Below, one piece after another: positions 37,554 through 46,143 of a stretch of 64,000 nt of DNA (positions are counted from its first letter, which is position 1; the number at the start of each line of letters is the position of its first letter). Source of the DNA: Pirellulales bacterium (lineage in GTDB: Bacteria; Planctomycetota; Planctomycetia; Pirellulales; UBA1268). Position numbers and translations under genes: made by a program. Location of the stretch: the NCBI GenBank assembly GCA_044238145.1, contig JBIIDT010000001.1, positions 15,172 to 79,171 of the forward strand, given 5' to 3'. Below the pieces are notes generated by a model that was not told the origin of the DNA, did no database searches, and saw only the letters and a list, made by a program, of their open reading frames with translations.

Positions 37554-38642
37554 TTACAGCACGGGCAGCGAGGGCAGCGGGGGGCGGGCGGCGCTCGTCG
37601 CGGCGAGGTTGCCCACGAGCCGCTCGCAGATCGCCTGCAGGTAGGGGCGGGCGGCGGGATCGTCGTAGTTGGCGGCCGTGCGGCCGGCGTCGCCGTGCTC
37701 GCGGATCGGGATCTGAAGCGGCACCTCGCCGAGGAACGGGATCTCGAGTTCATGGGCCGTCCGCTTGGCGCCGCCGGAGCCGAAGATGTCCCAGCGCTTG
37801 CCGGTGTCGGGGCAGACGAAGAACGCCATGTTCTCCACCATGCCGAGGACGGGGATGTTGACCTTCCGGAACATCGCGATCGCCTTCGTGGCGTCGAGCA
37901 GGGCCACGTCCTGCGGTGTGCAGACCACGACGGCGCCGGTCAGCGGCAGGACCTGAGAGAGCGTCAGCGCGATGTCGCCCGTGCCCGGGGGCATGTCGAT
38001 GACGAGATAGTCGAGCGCACCCCAGAGCGTGTCGCGGAGCATCTGCGTGATGGCGCCGTGCAGCATGGGCCCGCGCCACACGACCGCCTCGCCGGCCGGC
38101 ACGAGGAAGCCCATCGACATCACCGGCATCGAGCCCGCGCCGACCTCGAGCCGCATGGGCACGATCTTGCCGTTATCGACTTGCGGCCGGCCGGAGAGGC
38201 CGAGCAGGTGGGGAACGCTCGGCCCGTAGACGTCGGCGTCGAGCAGGCCCACCTGGCTGCCGGCCCGGGCCAGGCCGATGGCGATGCTGGCGGCGATCGT
38301 GCTCTTGCCCACGCCCCCCTTGCCGGAGCCGACGGCGATCACGCTCTTCGCCTCGAGGCCGATCTGACCGAGCTTCACCGGCGGGCGGTCGTGGGGCCGG
38401 ATCGTGATCCGGACGTCGCGCACGGCCGGGAAGCGGGCCCGAAGGAGCTCCTCGATGCGGCCCCGAGTGGCGGGCCAGAGGATGGCCGAGTGGGTCGTGA
38501 GCCCGACGGCGACGGCGAGCGAGTCGGCCGCGGCGTCGACCTCGAGCACCTGGCCCATCTCGGTCAGCGGCCGGCCCGATTCCGGGTCGGCGATGTCCGC
38601 GAGCACGGCGGTCACGGAGGCGCGGTCGGGAGGCGTGCTCAT
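37554..38642 (-). CDS. apbC: Mrp/NBP35/ApbC-family Fe-S cluster carrier ATPase (DUF59 N-domain plus P-loop)
   Basis: In-frame start MSTPPD at 38642 within ORF 37554..39161. Deviant Walker A GSGKGGVGKST. Motifs DAD.YGPS, DMPPGTGD, and C..D.G (FFVCPDTGKRWDIFG). The start overlaps the nuoN stop (ATGA at 38639-38642). Confidence 0.85.
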   Translation of the reverse strand: MSTPPDRASVTAVLADIADPESGRPLTEMGQVLEVDAAADSLAVAVGLTTHSAILWPATRGRIEELLRARFPAVRDVRITIRPHDRPPVKLGQIGLEAKSVIAVGSGKGGVGKSTIAASIAIGLARAGSQVGLLDADVYGPSVPHLLGLSGRPQVDNGKIVPMRLEVGAGSMPVMSMGFLVPAGEAVVWRGPMLHGAITQMLRDTLWGALDYLVIDMPPGTGDIALTLSQVLPLTGAVVVCTPQDVALLDATKAIAMFRKVNIPVLGMVENMAFFVCPDTGKRWDIFGSGGAKRTAHELEIPFLGEVPLQIPIREHGDAGRTAANYDDPAARPYLQAICERLVGNLAATSAARPPLPSLPVL

Positions 38643-40372
38643 CGGGCGGCGGTCGCGGGGGGCGGGGCGATGTCCGCGGCCATCGCCGCCGGCAGCGTGC
38701 CGGTGAGGGCGTCGCCGGCTCGCGCGGCGGCGCGGAACAGGCCCTGGGGGCGGACGGTGAAGAACAGCAGGGCCGCCGTGCAGGCGAGCATGGCGATGCC
38801 GGCGGCGAGGCCGCCGTCGGCCTGCACGCCCCGCTTCGTGCTCCGGAAGTACATGGCCGAGATGATCCGCAGGTAATAGCCAGCCGCGATCGCGGCGTTG
38901 ACGGCCAGCGCGATGCCGAGCCCCACGAACCACGCCCGGCGGCTGCCGAGGACGACGGGGTCGTTCCAGTCGACCTGCAACGCGGAGACGGCCAGCCCCA
39001 GCTTGCCCCAGAACCCGGGCAGCGGCGGGATGCCGGCGAGGCTCAGCAAAAATAACGCGATCGCGAACGCGGCCACGGGGTTGGTGGAGGCGAGGCCGTC
39101 GAGGTCGGCGACCGTGGTGATCTCCTCGCGGGGCGGTCGCGGGCCGCTGCTGCTGGTCCACTCGGGCCAGCGATGCCCGAGGTAGGCGACCGCGCCGAAC
39201 AGGCCGATCGTGGCCACGGCGTAGGCGGCGAGGTAGAAGACCGAGGCCGTCATGCCACCGAGGGCGAACACCCAGCCGCTGTCGATCCCGGCGGCATCGC
39301 CAAGCGGCCGTCCGGCCTGGGTGGCCGCGGCCGCCGCCGCGACGGCCACGCCCACGAGCAGGTAGCCCGCGTGGGCGATCGACGAGCAGGCGAGGAGCCG
39401 GCGCAGGTTCGACTGCAACAGCGCCATCACGTTGCCGAGCGTCATCGTCACCGCGGCGAGCACGGCGGTGAGCTGCCAGAGGAGGTCGAGGTGGGCGCGG
39501 GCGGCCGGGCCGGTCACAGCCGCGGCGGCGTCGGGGGCGATCGCCAGTCCGATCACGCGGGCCAGGACCACGAGGCCGGCGAGCTTGGGAAGCGTGGAGA
39601 GCACGGCCGCGTTGCCCGGGCTCGTCCCCTCGTAGACGTCGGGCGCGTAGAAGTGCAGCGGCACGGCCGCGAGCCGGAATGACGCCCCCACGACCGCCAT
39701 GCCGACGGCGACCGGGAGCAGGGCCCGGGCCAATCCCGAGATGTCCGCGTCGGTCGAGCGGAGCCGGGCACCGATCGCCGCCAGGTCGGTCGAGCCGCCG
39801 AGGCCATACAGGCAGACGAGGGCATAGAGGAAGAAGGCCGAGGCGACGAGCGAGAGGAAGAAGTACTTGAGGCTCGCCTCCTGGCCGCGGGCGTCGGTCC
39901 GCTTGAGTGCCAGGAGGACGTAGGTCGGGATGGAGACGAGCTCGAGGCCGGCGAAGAGCAGCACGAGGTCACCCGCCACGCCCACCAGCGACAGGCCGGC
40001 GAGCAAGAGCAGGAACGTGCCGGCCTCCTCGCAGGTGCCGCCGCGGCGCAGGCCGGGGCCGCGGCTCACCGCCGCGGTGAACAGGTCGCCGGCCTGCACG
40101 AGGGCCAGAAGCGCCCCGAGGCCGAGCACGAGCCAGCGGACGAACGTCGAGAAGCCGTCGATCGCGACGCCACCGGAGGCGATCGCCGCCCCACCGGCGG
40201 GCTGGCCGCCGGCGACCGCCATGGCCGCCGCGATGCCGCCAAGCGCCACGAGCCACCCGGAACGCAGGCCGAGGAACGCGCCGCCGAGGAAGGCCACGAG
40301 CGCCGCCGCGACGAGCGTGATCTCGGGCGCCACGAGCCGGAACGTGTCGAGCGAGGTGGGCAGCATCGTCAT
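38639..40372 (-). CDS. nuoN: NADH-quinone oxidoreductase subunit N
   Basis: In-frame start MTMLPTS at 40372 within ORF 38639..41797. Antiporter-like subunit motifs LE..S.P.Y.L, FRL.AVP.H.Y.PDVYEG, S.IAH.GY. The start overlaps the nuoM stop. Confidence 0.85.
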   Translation of the reverse strand: MTMLPTSLDTFRLVAPEITLVAAALVAFLGGAFLGLRSGWLVALGGIAAAMAVAGGQPAGGAAIASGGVAIDGFSTFVRWLVLGLGALLALVQAGDLFTAAVSRGPGLRRGGTCEEAGTFLLLLAGLSLVGVAGDLVLLFAGLELVSIPTYVLLALKRTDARGQEASLKYFFLSLVASAFFLYALVCLYGLGGSTDLAAIGARLRSTDADISGLARALLPVAVGMAVVGASFRLAAVPLHFYAPDVYEGTSPGNAAVLSTLPKLAGLVVLARVIGLAIAPDAAAAVTGPAARAHLDLLWQLTAVLAAVTMTLGNVMALLQSNLRRLLACSSIAHAGYLLVGVAVAAAAAATQAGRPLGDAAGIDSGWVFALGGMTASVFYLAAYAVATIGLFGAVAYLGHRWPEWTSSSGPRPPREEITTVADLDGLASTNPVAAFAIALFLLSLAGIPPLPGFWGKLGLAVSALQVDWNDPVVLGSRRAWFVGLGIALAVNAAIAAGYYLRIISAMYFRSTKRGVQADGGLAAGIAMLACTAALLFFTVRPQGLFRAAARAGDALTGTLPAAMAADIAPPPATAAR

Positions 40373-42081
40373 GGGGCCTGGGCAACCTGGGGGGCGGGTG
40401 GGGCGGCGGCCTGCATGTCGGCGGCGAATGCGGCGGCGGAGGCCTGCGTGGCCCGGCGGACCGCGGCCGCGGCCGGCTGGAGGAACGTGGCGGGCACGAG
40501 GCCGATCCACAGCACGAACACGGCGAGCGGCGCGACGGCGGCCAGTTCGTGCCACGCGAGGTCGCAGCGGTCGGCCGGGGCCGCGTGGGCATGGCCGTGA
40601 CCGTGACCATGACCGTGGCCGTGCTCGTCCGCCGCGCCGTGGGCATGACCGGCCCGTGGCGGCTCGCGGGAGGGGCCGAAGAACGCCCGCTCCACGGCCT
40701 GCAGCATGTACCAGGCGCCGAGCACGACGCCCGCCACGGCCAGCAGCGACATCGCCAGGTAGGCCGACTGCCACGCCGGTGCCACGCCCGCCCAGGCCCG
40801 CTGGAAGGAGCCGGCGAGGATCATGAACTCGCCCACGAACCCGTTGAGGCCGGGCAGGCCGATGCTCGAGAACGTGAACAGCATGAAGAACACGGTCAGC
40901 CACGGGGCCCGGCTCGCGATCCCGCCGAGGCTGGCGATGTTCCGGGTGTGGAACCGCTCGTAGATCATGCCGACGAGCGCGAACAGGCCGGCCGACGAGA
41001 GGCCGTGGTTCACCAGTTGCAGGTTGGCCCCCTCGACGGCCAGGGGCGTGAGGGCGAACAGGCCCATCACGACGTAGCCCATGTGGCTCACCGACGAGTA
41101 GGCGACGAGCCGCTTGAGGTCGGTCTGCACCAGCGCCACGAGCGCCCCGTAGACGATCCCCGCCACGCCGAGGCCGAACAGCCAGGGGGCGGCGGCCGCC
41201 GTCGCTTCGGGCAGCATCGGCATCGAGAACCGCAGGAACCCGTAGATGCCGATCTTGAGCAGCACCCCGGCCAGGTCGACCGAGCCACCGGTCGGGGCCT
41301 CGACGTGGGCCAGCGGCAGCCAGGTGTGCAGCGGCACGATCGGCACCTTGACGGCGAACCCGGCGAGCAGGGCCAGGAACACGAGCAACTGCAGCCGGCC
41401 GCCGGCCGCGTCCATCGGCAGCGGGTGCCGCTCGAGACCGGCGGTGAGGGCGGCGATGTCGAATGTCACGGCGCCGGTGTGCGACGCGTTCCAGAGCACG
41501 ATCGCCAGCAGGCCGAGGAACGTGAGCACGCTGCCGGCGAGCGTGTAGATGAAGAACTTCACGGCCGCCCGCCGTCGCTCCTCGTGCCCCCAGATCCCGA
41601 TCAGGAAGAACAGCGGCACGAGCGTGAACTCGAAGAACACGTAGAACAGGATCAGGTCGCGGGCGGCGAACACGCCGAGCATCGCCGCCTCGAGCACCAG
41701 CAGCAGCACGTAGAAACCGACGGGCCGCTCGCGGACGGCGTCCCAGCTGACGAGCACGGCCGTGAGCGTGAGCAGGGCGGCCAGGCCGAACATCCACAGC
41801 GACAGCCCGTCGAGCCCCAGCGACAGCCGGACATCGAAGGCGCCGCCGGTGAGCCAGGGCAGGTCGATCGCGGCGTAGGGGAGGCCGGCCGCCGCCTCGG
41901 GGCTGGCCAGGTAGCGCAGCACGAGCCAGCCGGCGAGCAGGAGCGTGACGACGGCGGTCACGGCGGCGCTTTGTCGCACGGCGGCCAGGCCGCGCGAGCC
42001 GAGCAGCCAGGCCAGGGCCGCGCCAAGCAGCGGGCAGGCGAGGACGAGCAGCAGGTGCGACGAGGGTGTGAGGCCGTTCAT
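40369..42081 (-). CDS. nuoM: NADH-quinone oxidoreductase subunit M (with His/Gly-rich insertion near the C-terminus)
   Basis: 570 aa. Motifs FYVFFE..L.P.F..IG.WG, K.P..P.H.WLP.AH.EAP...S..LAG.LLK.G.YG..RF, AYSS.SHMG. Confidence 0.9.
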   Translation of the reverse strand: MNGLTPSSHLLLVLACPLLGAALAWLLGSRGLAAVRQSAAVTAVVTLLLAGWLVLRYLASPEAAAGLPYAAIDLPWLTGGAFDVRLSLGLDGLSLWMFGLAALLTLTAVLVSWDAVRERPVGFYVLLLVLEAAMLGVFAARDLILFYVFFEFTLVPLFFLIGIWGHEERRRAAVKFFIYTLAGSVLTFLGLLAIVLWNASHTGAVTFDIAALTAGLERHPLPMDAAGGRLQLLVFLALLAGFAVKVPIVPLHTWLPLAHVEAPTGGSVDLAGVLLKIGIYGFLRFSMPMLPEATAAAAPWLFGLGVAGIVYGALVALVQTDLKRLVAYSSVSHMGYVVMGLFALTPLAVEGANLQLVNHGLSSAGLFALVGMIYERFHTRNIASLGGIASRAPWLTVFFMLFTFSSIGLPGLNGFVGEFMILAGSFQRAWAGVAPAWQSAYLAMSLLAVAGVVLGAWYMLQAVERAFFGPSREPPRAGHAHGAADEHGHGHGHGHGHAHAAPADRCDLAWHELAAVAPLAVFVLWIGLVPATFLQPAAAAVRRATQASAAAFAADMQAAAPPAPQVAQAP

Positions 42082-42103
42082 GGTGGTGCGGGGTGGTGCG
42101 GGG

Positions 42104-44323
42104 TCAGCGGAGTCCCCAGGCCAGGGCGAGCACGATCACGAGCGTGCCCACGACGCCCGCGAGGGCGTACCGCTGGAGGAGGCCCGACTGCAGCCGTCGG
42201 GCCGCGGCGCCGGCCGCTCCGGGGATCCGGGCGACGCCGTCGACGAGCCCGTCGACCACGTGGCGGTCGAAGGCCGCCGCGATCGTGGCCACGAGCTCGA
42301 GCGGCCGGACGATGAGGGCGGAGTAGATTTGGTCGAGGAAGAAGCGGTTCGCGAACAGCGTCTCCAGCGGACCGAGGAACCGCTCCAGCTGTGGCCCGTC
42401 GCTCCGGCGGCCGAGGTGGCCGAGCGCGGCCACGGCGATGCCGGCGGCGGCCGCCAGCGTGCCCTGGATGGCCAGGTCCCAGTGGAAGGCGTGGGGGGCT
42501 GCCGTGTCGGCGATGGGCGGATAGGTGAGCGACGGGGTCGAGGCGAGGAAGTCAGCCAGCGCGTGGGTGCGGAACAGCCACCAGCCGGTCACGGCCGAGG
42601 CGACGGCGAGGATCACCAGCGGCAGCGTCATCACCGGCGGCGACTCGTGGGCATGGTGCCCCGCCTCCTCCGGCACCCGCGTCGGTCCGGTGAAGGTCAT
42701 GAACACCGCGCGGAAGGTGTAGAACGCCGTCAGGCCGGCCGTGACCAGCGACATCCAGAACAGCAGCCGCCAGGTGGCCGGGGCATCGAGGGCGTCGAGG
42801 CCCGCGACCCAGCCGGCGTCGCTCCGGGCGGCGGCGAGTTCGGCGGCATCGGGTGTCACGCTGGCAGGATGCATCGGCGGCGGGCCGCCGGCGTGGCTGC
42901 CGCCGCTCGAGGTGTCGTGGTGCTCGCCGTGCGCGGCCGGCCAGCCGCGGCCGTGCAGGGCGGCGAGGATCTCGTCCTTGCTGAAGAAGCCGGCGAAGGG
43001 GGCCACGCCCGCCAGGGCCAGCGACCCCACGAGGAACGTCGCCGCCGTGATCGGCATGATCCGGCGCAGGCCGCCGAACCGACGCATGTCGATCACGCCC
43101 CCCATCGAATGCATCACCGAGCCCGCCCCGAGGAACAGCAGGGCCTTGAAGCAGGCATGGGTCAGGAGGTGGAAGATCGCGGCCGTGAAGCCGAGCAGCG
43201 TGCCGGTGCCGAGGCTCGCGAACATGTAGCCGAGCTGGCTGATCGTGGAATAGGCGAGCACCCGCTTCAGGTCGTTCTGCACCGTGCCGATGAGGGCGGC
43301 GACGAGGGCCGTGGTGGCGCCGACGATCGACACCGCCGTCAGCGCGCCGGGGCAGGCGACGAACAGGGGCGCGGTGCGGGCGATGAGATAGATGCCTGCG
43401 GTCACCATCGTGGCGGCGTGGATCAGGGCGCTGGCCGGGGTCGGGCCTTCCATGGCGTCCGGGAGCCAGACGTGCAGCGGCAACTGCGCGCTCTTGCCGC
43501 AGGCGGCGAGGAGCAAAAGCAGGCAGATCGCCGTGCCCACCGCACCGCCGACGTAGCCGGCCGCATCGGCGAGCCGCGTCTGGCCGAGGATGCCCGGCAG
43601 GATCGTGCCGTCGACGAGCGTGTCGTGAAAGTCGAGCGTGCCGTAGGTCATCCACAACAGAAACGTGGCGACGGCGAGGCCGAAGTCGCCGACGCGGTTG
43701 ACGAGAAACGCCTTCTTGGCGGCCCGCGCGGCCTCGGGCTTCGTGAACCAAAAGCCGATCAGCAGGTAGGAGCAGGCGCCCACCGCCTCCCAGAAGACGT
43801 AGACGAGGAGAAAGTTGCTGGCCGCCACGAGCATCGACATCGAGAACACGAACATCGCGATCAGGGCGAAGAACCGGGGATAGCCCGGGTCGCCGTGCAT
43901 GTAGCCCACCGAGTACAGGGCCACGAGGAGGCCGACGCAGGTGATGATCACGAGCATCGTGGCGGTGAGCGGGTCGAGCCGCAGGGCGATCGGGATCGAG
44001 AGCCCGCCGGCCGCATCGGCTGCGCCGGCGGCCGCGGCGGCGGTGGTCGGCCCGCCACCGGCCACGTCGGCCCACTGCCAGAGCGTGCGGATCAGCTCGA
44101 CGGGCCGGCCCACCGGCGGATGGGCCTCGGCGCCGGCGCCGACCTCGCGGGCGAGGCCCACGAGGAGGGCCACGGCCACCGCCGCGGCGGCGGCAATGCC
44201 GGCGAGCGCCGGCAGATGGGCCCGGGACCCCAGCGCGCGGCCGAAGGCCACCGTGAGCACGGCGGCCGCGAGCGGCATGAGCGGCACGAGGACGAGCAGG
44301 GTTTCAGGTGACAGGTCGGGCAT
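42104..44323 (-). CDS. nuoL: NADH-quinone oxidoreductase subunit L
   Basis: 739 aa. Motifs YS.GYM, F.W.E.VG..SYLLIGFW, GK.SAQ.PLH.WLPDAMEGPTP.SALIHAATMV.AG.Y, and a long C-terminal amphipathic-helix region. Confidence 0.9.
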   Translation of the reverse strand: MPDLSPETLLVLVPLMPLAAAVLTVAFGRALGSRAHLPALAGIAAAAAVAVALLVGLAREVGAGAEAHPPVGRPVELIRTLWQWADVAGGGPTTAAAAAGAADAAGGLSIPIALRLDPLTATMLVIITCVGLLVALYSVGYMHGDPGYPRFFALIAMFVFSMSMLVAASNFLLVYVFWEAVGACSYLLIGFWFTKPEAARAAKKAFLVNRVGDFGLAVATFLLWMTYGTLDFHDTLVDGTILPGILGQTRLADAAGYVGGAVGTAICLLLLLAACGKSAQLPLHVWLPDAMEGPTPASALIHAATMVTAGIYLIARTAPLFVACPGALTAVSIVGATTALVAALIGTVQNDLKRVLAYSTISQLGYMFASLGTGTLLGFTAAIFHLLTHACFKALLFLGAGSVMHSMGGVIDMRRFGGLRRIMPITAATFLVGSLALAGVAPFAGFFSKDEILAALHGRGWPAAHGEHHDTSSGGSHAGGPPPMHPASVTPDAAELAAARSDAGWVAGLDALDAPATWRLLFWMSLVTAGLTAFYTFRAVFMTFTGPTRVPEEAGHHAHESPPVMTLPLVILAVASAVTGWWLFRTHALADFLASTPSLTYPPIADTAAPHAFHWDLAIQGTLAAAAGIAVAALGHLGRRSDGPQLERFLGPLETLFANRFFLDQIYSALIVRPLELVATIAAAFDRHVVDGLVDGVARIPGAAGAAARRLQSGLLQRYALAGVVGTLVIVLALAWGLR

Positions 44324-44347
44324 GGCGTGTGGGGCGGCAGGATCCGG

Positions 44348-44791
44348 TCAGACGTGCTCGCGTTGGAGGAGTTCGTCCTCGTCGGTGGGCGGCCGCACGC
44401 CGGCTGGGGTGAGGCGGGGGAAGGGGTGCGGGGCGGCCTCGCCGGCGGGCAGCTCGTGATCGACGGCCCGGGCGAGGTTGTCCTCGCGCAGGGTCTGCCA
44501 GGCGGCGGCGTCGAGCCGGCCGGTGCGGGCGAACGCCTGGAGAACGAGCACGAGCGCCACGGCCGCCTCGCAGGCGGCCACCGTGAGCACGAAGATCACG
44601 AGCACCTGTCCGCCCCAGTCGCCGTGGAACCGGCTCCAGGCCACGAGGCTCACCGACACACCCTGGAGCATCAGCTCGGCCGAGAGGAACATCACGATCA
44701 GGTTGCGGCGGGCCAGCATGCCCACGAGTCCGAGGGCGAAGAGGACGGCACCCACGACGAGGGCGTTCTGCAGGAGGGCGAGCTGGTTCAT
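44348..44791 (-). CDS. nuoK: NADH-quinone oxidoreductase subunit K (with ~45-aa C-terminal extension)
   Basis: In-frame start MNQLALLQNALVVGAVLFALGLVG at 44791. Motifs RRNLI..F.S.ELML..V and VLT.AA.EAAV.L. The start overlaps the nuoJ stop (ATGA). Confidence 0.85.
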   Translation of the reverse strand: MNQLALLQNALVVGAVLFALGLVGMLARRNLIVMFLSAELMLQGVSVSLVAWSRFHGDWGGQVLVIFVLTVAACEAAVALVLVLQAFARTGRLDAAAWQTLREDNLARAVDHELPAGEAAPHPFPRLTPAGVRPPTDEDELLQREHV

Positions 44792-45612
44792 CGGCGCGAC
44801 CCTCCCGTGGAGGCCAGTTCGCCCGAGGGATCGCCATGCCGCGAGACAATCGCGATCGAGCCGACGAGCGCCACCAGCAGCAGCACGCCGGCGACCTCCA
44901 CGGCCAACAGGTGCCGCCCGAAGAGCTCGCCGCCGAGGCGGGCGACGTGGTCGGCCGCCAGCGGGTCGGCCGCGGTGGCAGCGGCCGGCGGCGCGGATCC
45001 CGCGTCGTTCGTGCCGTCGCCCGGAGCGCGGGCCGCGATCGCCGCCGACCGCGATGGCAGCCGGCAGCAGGCCGAGGTCTCGGCCGAGAGCCGGCCGACG
45101 ACGAGGGACAGCAGGCCAAGCAGCACCGCCCCCGCCACGGCCGCCAGGAGCGGCTCGTTCGAAACGCGGTCGTACGGGGCCATGCCGCTGGGCTGCGCGA
45201 GCATGAGCACGAACAGGAACATCACGAGGATCGCCCCCGCGTAGACCACGATCGTGGCCACGCCGAGGAACTGGGCTCCGAGCACGAGCAGCACGCCGGC
45301 CACGCCGGCCAGCGCCAACGCGAACCAGATCGCGGCGTAGACGGGCGAACGCGACACGACCGTCGCGGCCCCCGAGATCACCGCGACGAGCGAGACCACG
45401 AGGAACACGGCCTCCTCGCCCAGCCCGCCCAGGCGGCGGCCGGTGAGCACGAGGCCCGCCAGCGCCGCGGCTCCGAGGGCCGCACCGCCCCAGCGGGCGA
45501 GCCGCCGCTCCGCGCCGCGCGGCAGGAGCAGCCACAGGCTCGCCGCCGCCGCGGCGACGGATGCAGCGAGGATCGTGCCGGGCGCCGGCAGGGCGAGGGA
45601 CGCGACGATCAC
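44788..45612 (-). CDS. nuoJ: NADH-quinone oxidoreductase subunit J
   Basis: GTG start at 45612 overlaps the nuoI stop (GTGA). Motifs SPVY.A.W....L...A......GA.FLG...I.VYAGAI.V.FLFV.ML and ...FE..G.LLL.A..G. Confidence 0.8.
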   Translation of the reverse strand: MIVASLALPAPGTILAASVAAAAASLWLLLPRGAERRLARWGGAALGAAALAGLVLTGRRLGGLGEEAVFLVVSLVAVISGAATVVSRSPVYAAIWFALALAGVAGVLLVLGAQFLGVATIVVYAGAILVMFLFVLMLAQPSGMAPYDRVSNEPLLAAVAGAVLLGLLSLVVGRLSAETSACCRLPSRSAAIAARAPGDGTNDAGSAPPAAATAADPLAADHVARLGGELFGRHLLAVEVAGVLLLVALVGSIAIVSRHGDPSGELASTGGSRR

Positions 45613-46142
45613 AGCGTGCCCCCCAGGTCCGCCGACTTCATCGGCTCGGCGTCCTTCGTCATGTCGTAGACGCTGAGCAGCTTCTCCTTGTCGAAGATCA
45701 TCTCCTCGCGGCTCTTCCCGGTGAGATCGAGAAGGCTCGTGAGTTCGATGGCGTCGACGGGGCAGGCCTCCTCGCACATCCCGCAGAAGATGCACCGCAG
45801 TTCGTCGATCTGGAAGCTCTCGGGATATTTCTCGCGGTCGGGCCACGGACTCTCGGCCGCGACGATGTCGATGCAATGGGCCGGACAGGCGGTGGCGCAG
45901 AGGAAGCAGGCCACGCACTTCACGCGACCGTCGCCGTCACGGTTGAGCCGGTGCACGCCGCGGTAGATGAGCGGGTTGCCCACCGCGGGGCGCTGCTCCG
46001 GGAAGCTGACGGTGACCTTCGGGCTCACGAGGTGCCGGGCGGTGGTGGTCAGGCCGCTGACGAACAGCGGCAGGTAGAGCCGCTCGGCCAGCCCCAGCGG
46101 CTTTTCCTCGAGCCAGGTGATCGACGGGTCGGTCGGCTTCAT
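45609..46142 (-). CDS. nuoI: NADH-quinone oxidoreductase subunit I (2x[4Fe-4S] ferredoxin)
   Basis: Two cluster motifs: CVACFLCATACP and CIFCGMCEEACP. Confidence 0.95.
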   Translation of the reverse strand: MKPTDPSITWLEEKPLGLAERLYLPLFVSGLTTTARHLVSPKVTVSFPEQRPAVGNPLIYRGVHRLNRDGDGRVKCVACFLCATACPAHCIDIVAAESPWPDREKYPESFQIDELRCIFCGMCEEACPVDAIELTSLLDLTGKSREEMIFDKEKLLSVYDMTKDAEPMKSADLGGTL

Positions 46143-46143
46143 G

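Noticed and set aside
38639-41797. 1052-aa minus-strand ORF spanning nuoN and part of nuoM; also 37554..39161 (535 aa)
   Set aside because: The upstream portions are out-of-frame read-through of the preceding nuo gene. Proper starts at 40372 and 38642 give canonical proteins coupled by ATGA overlaps.
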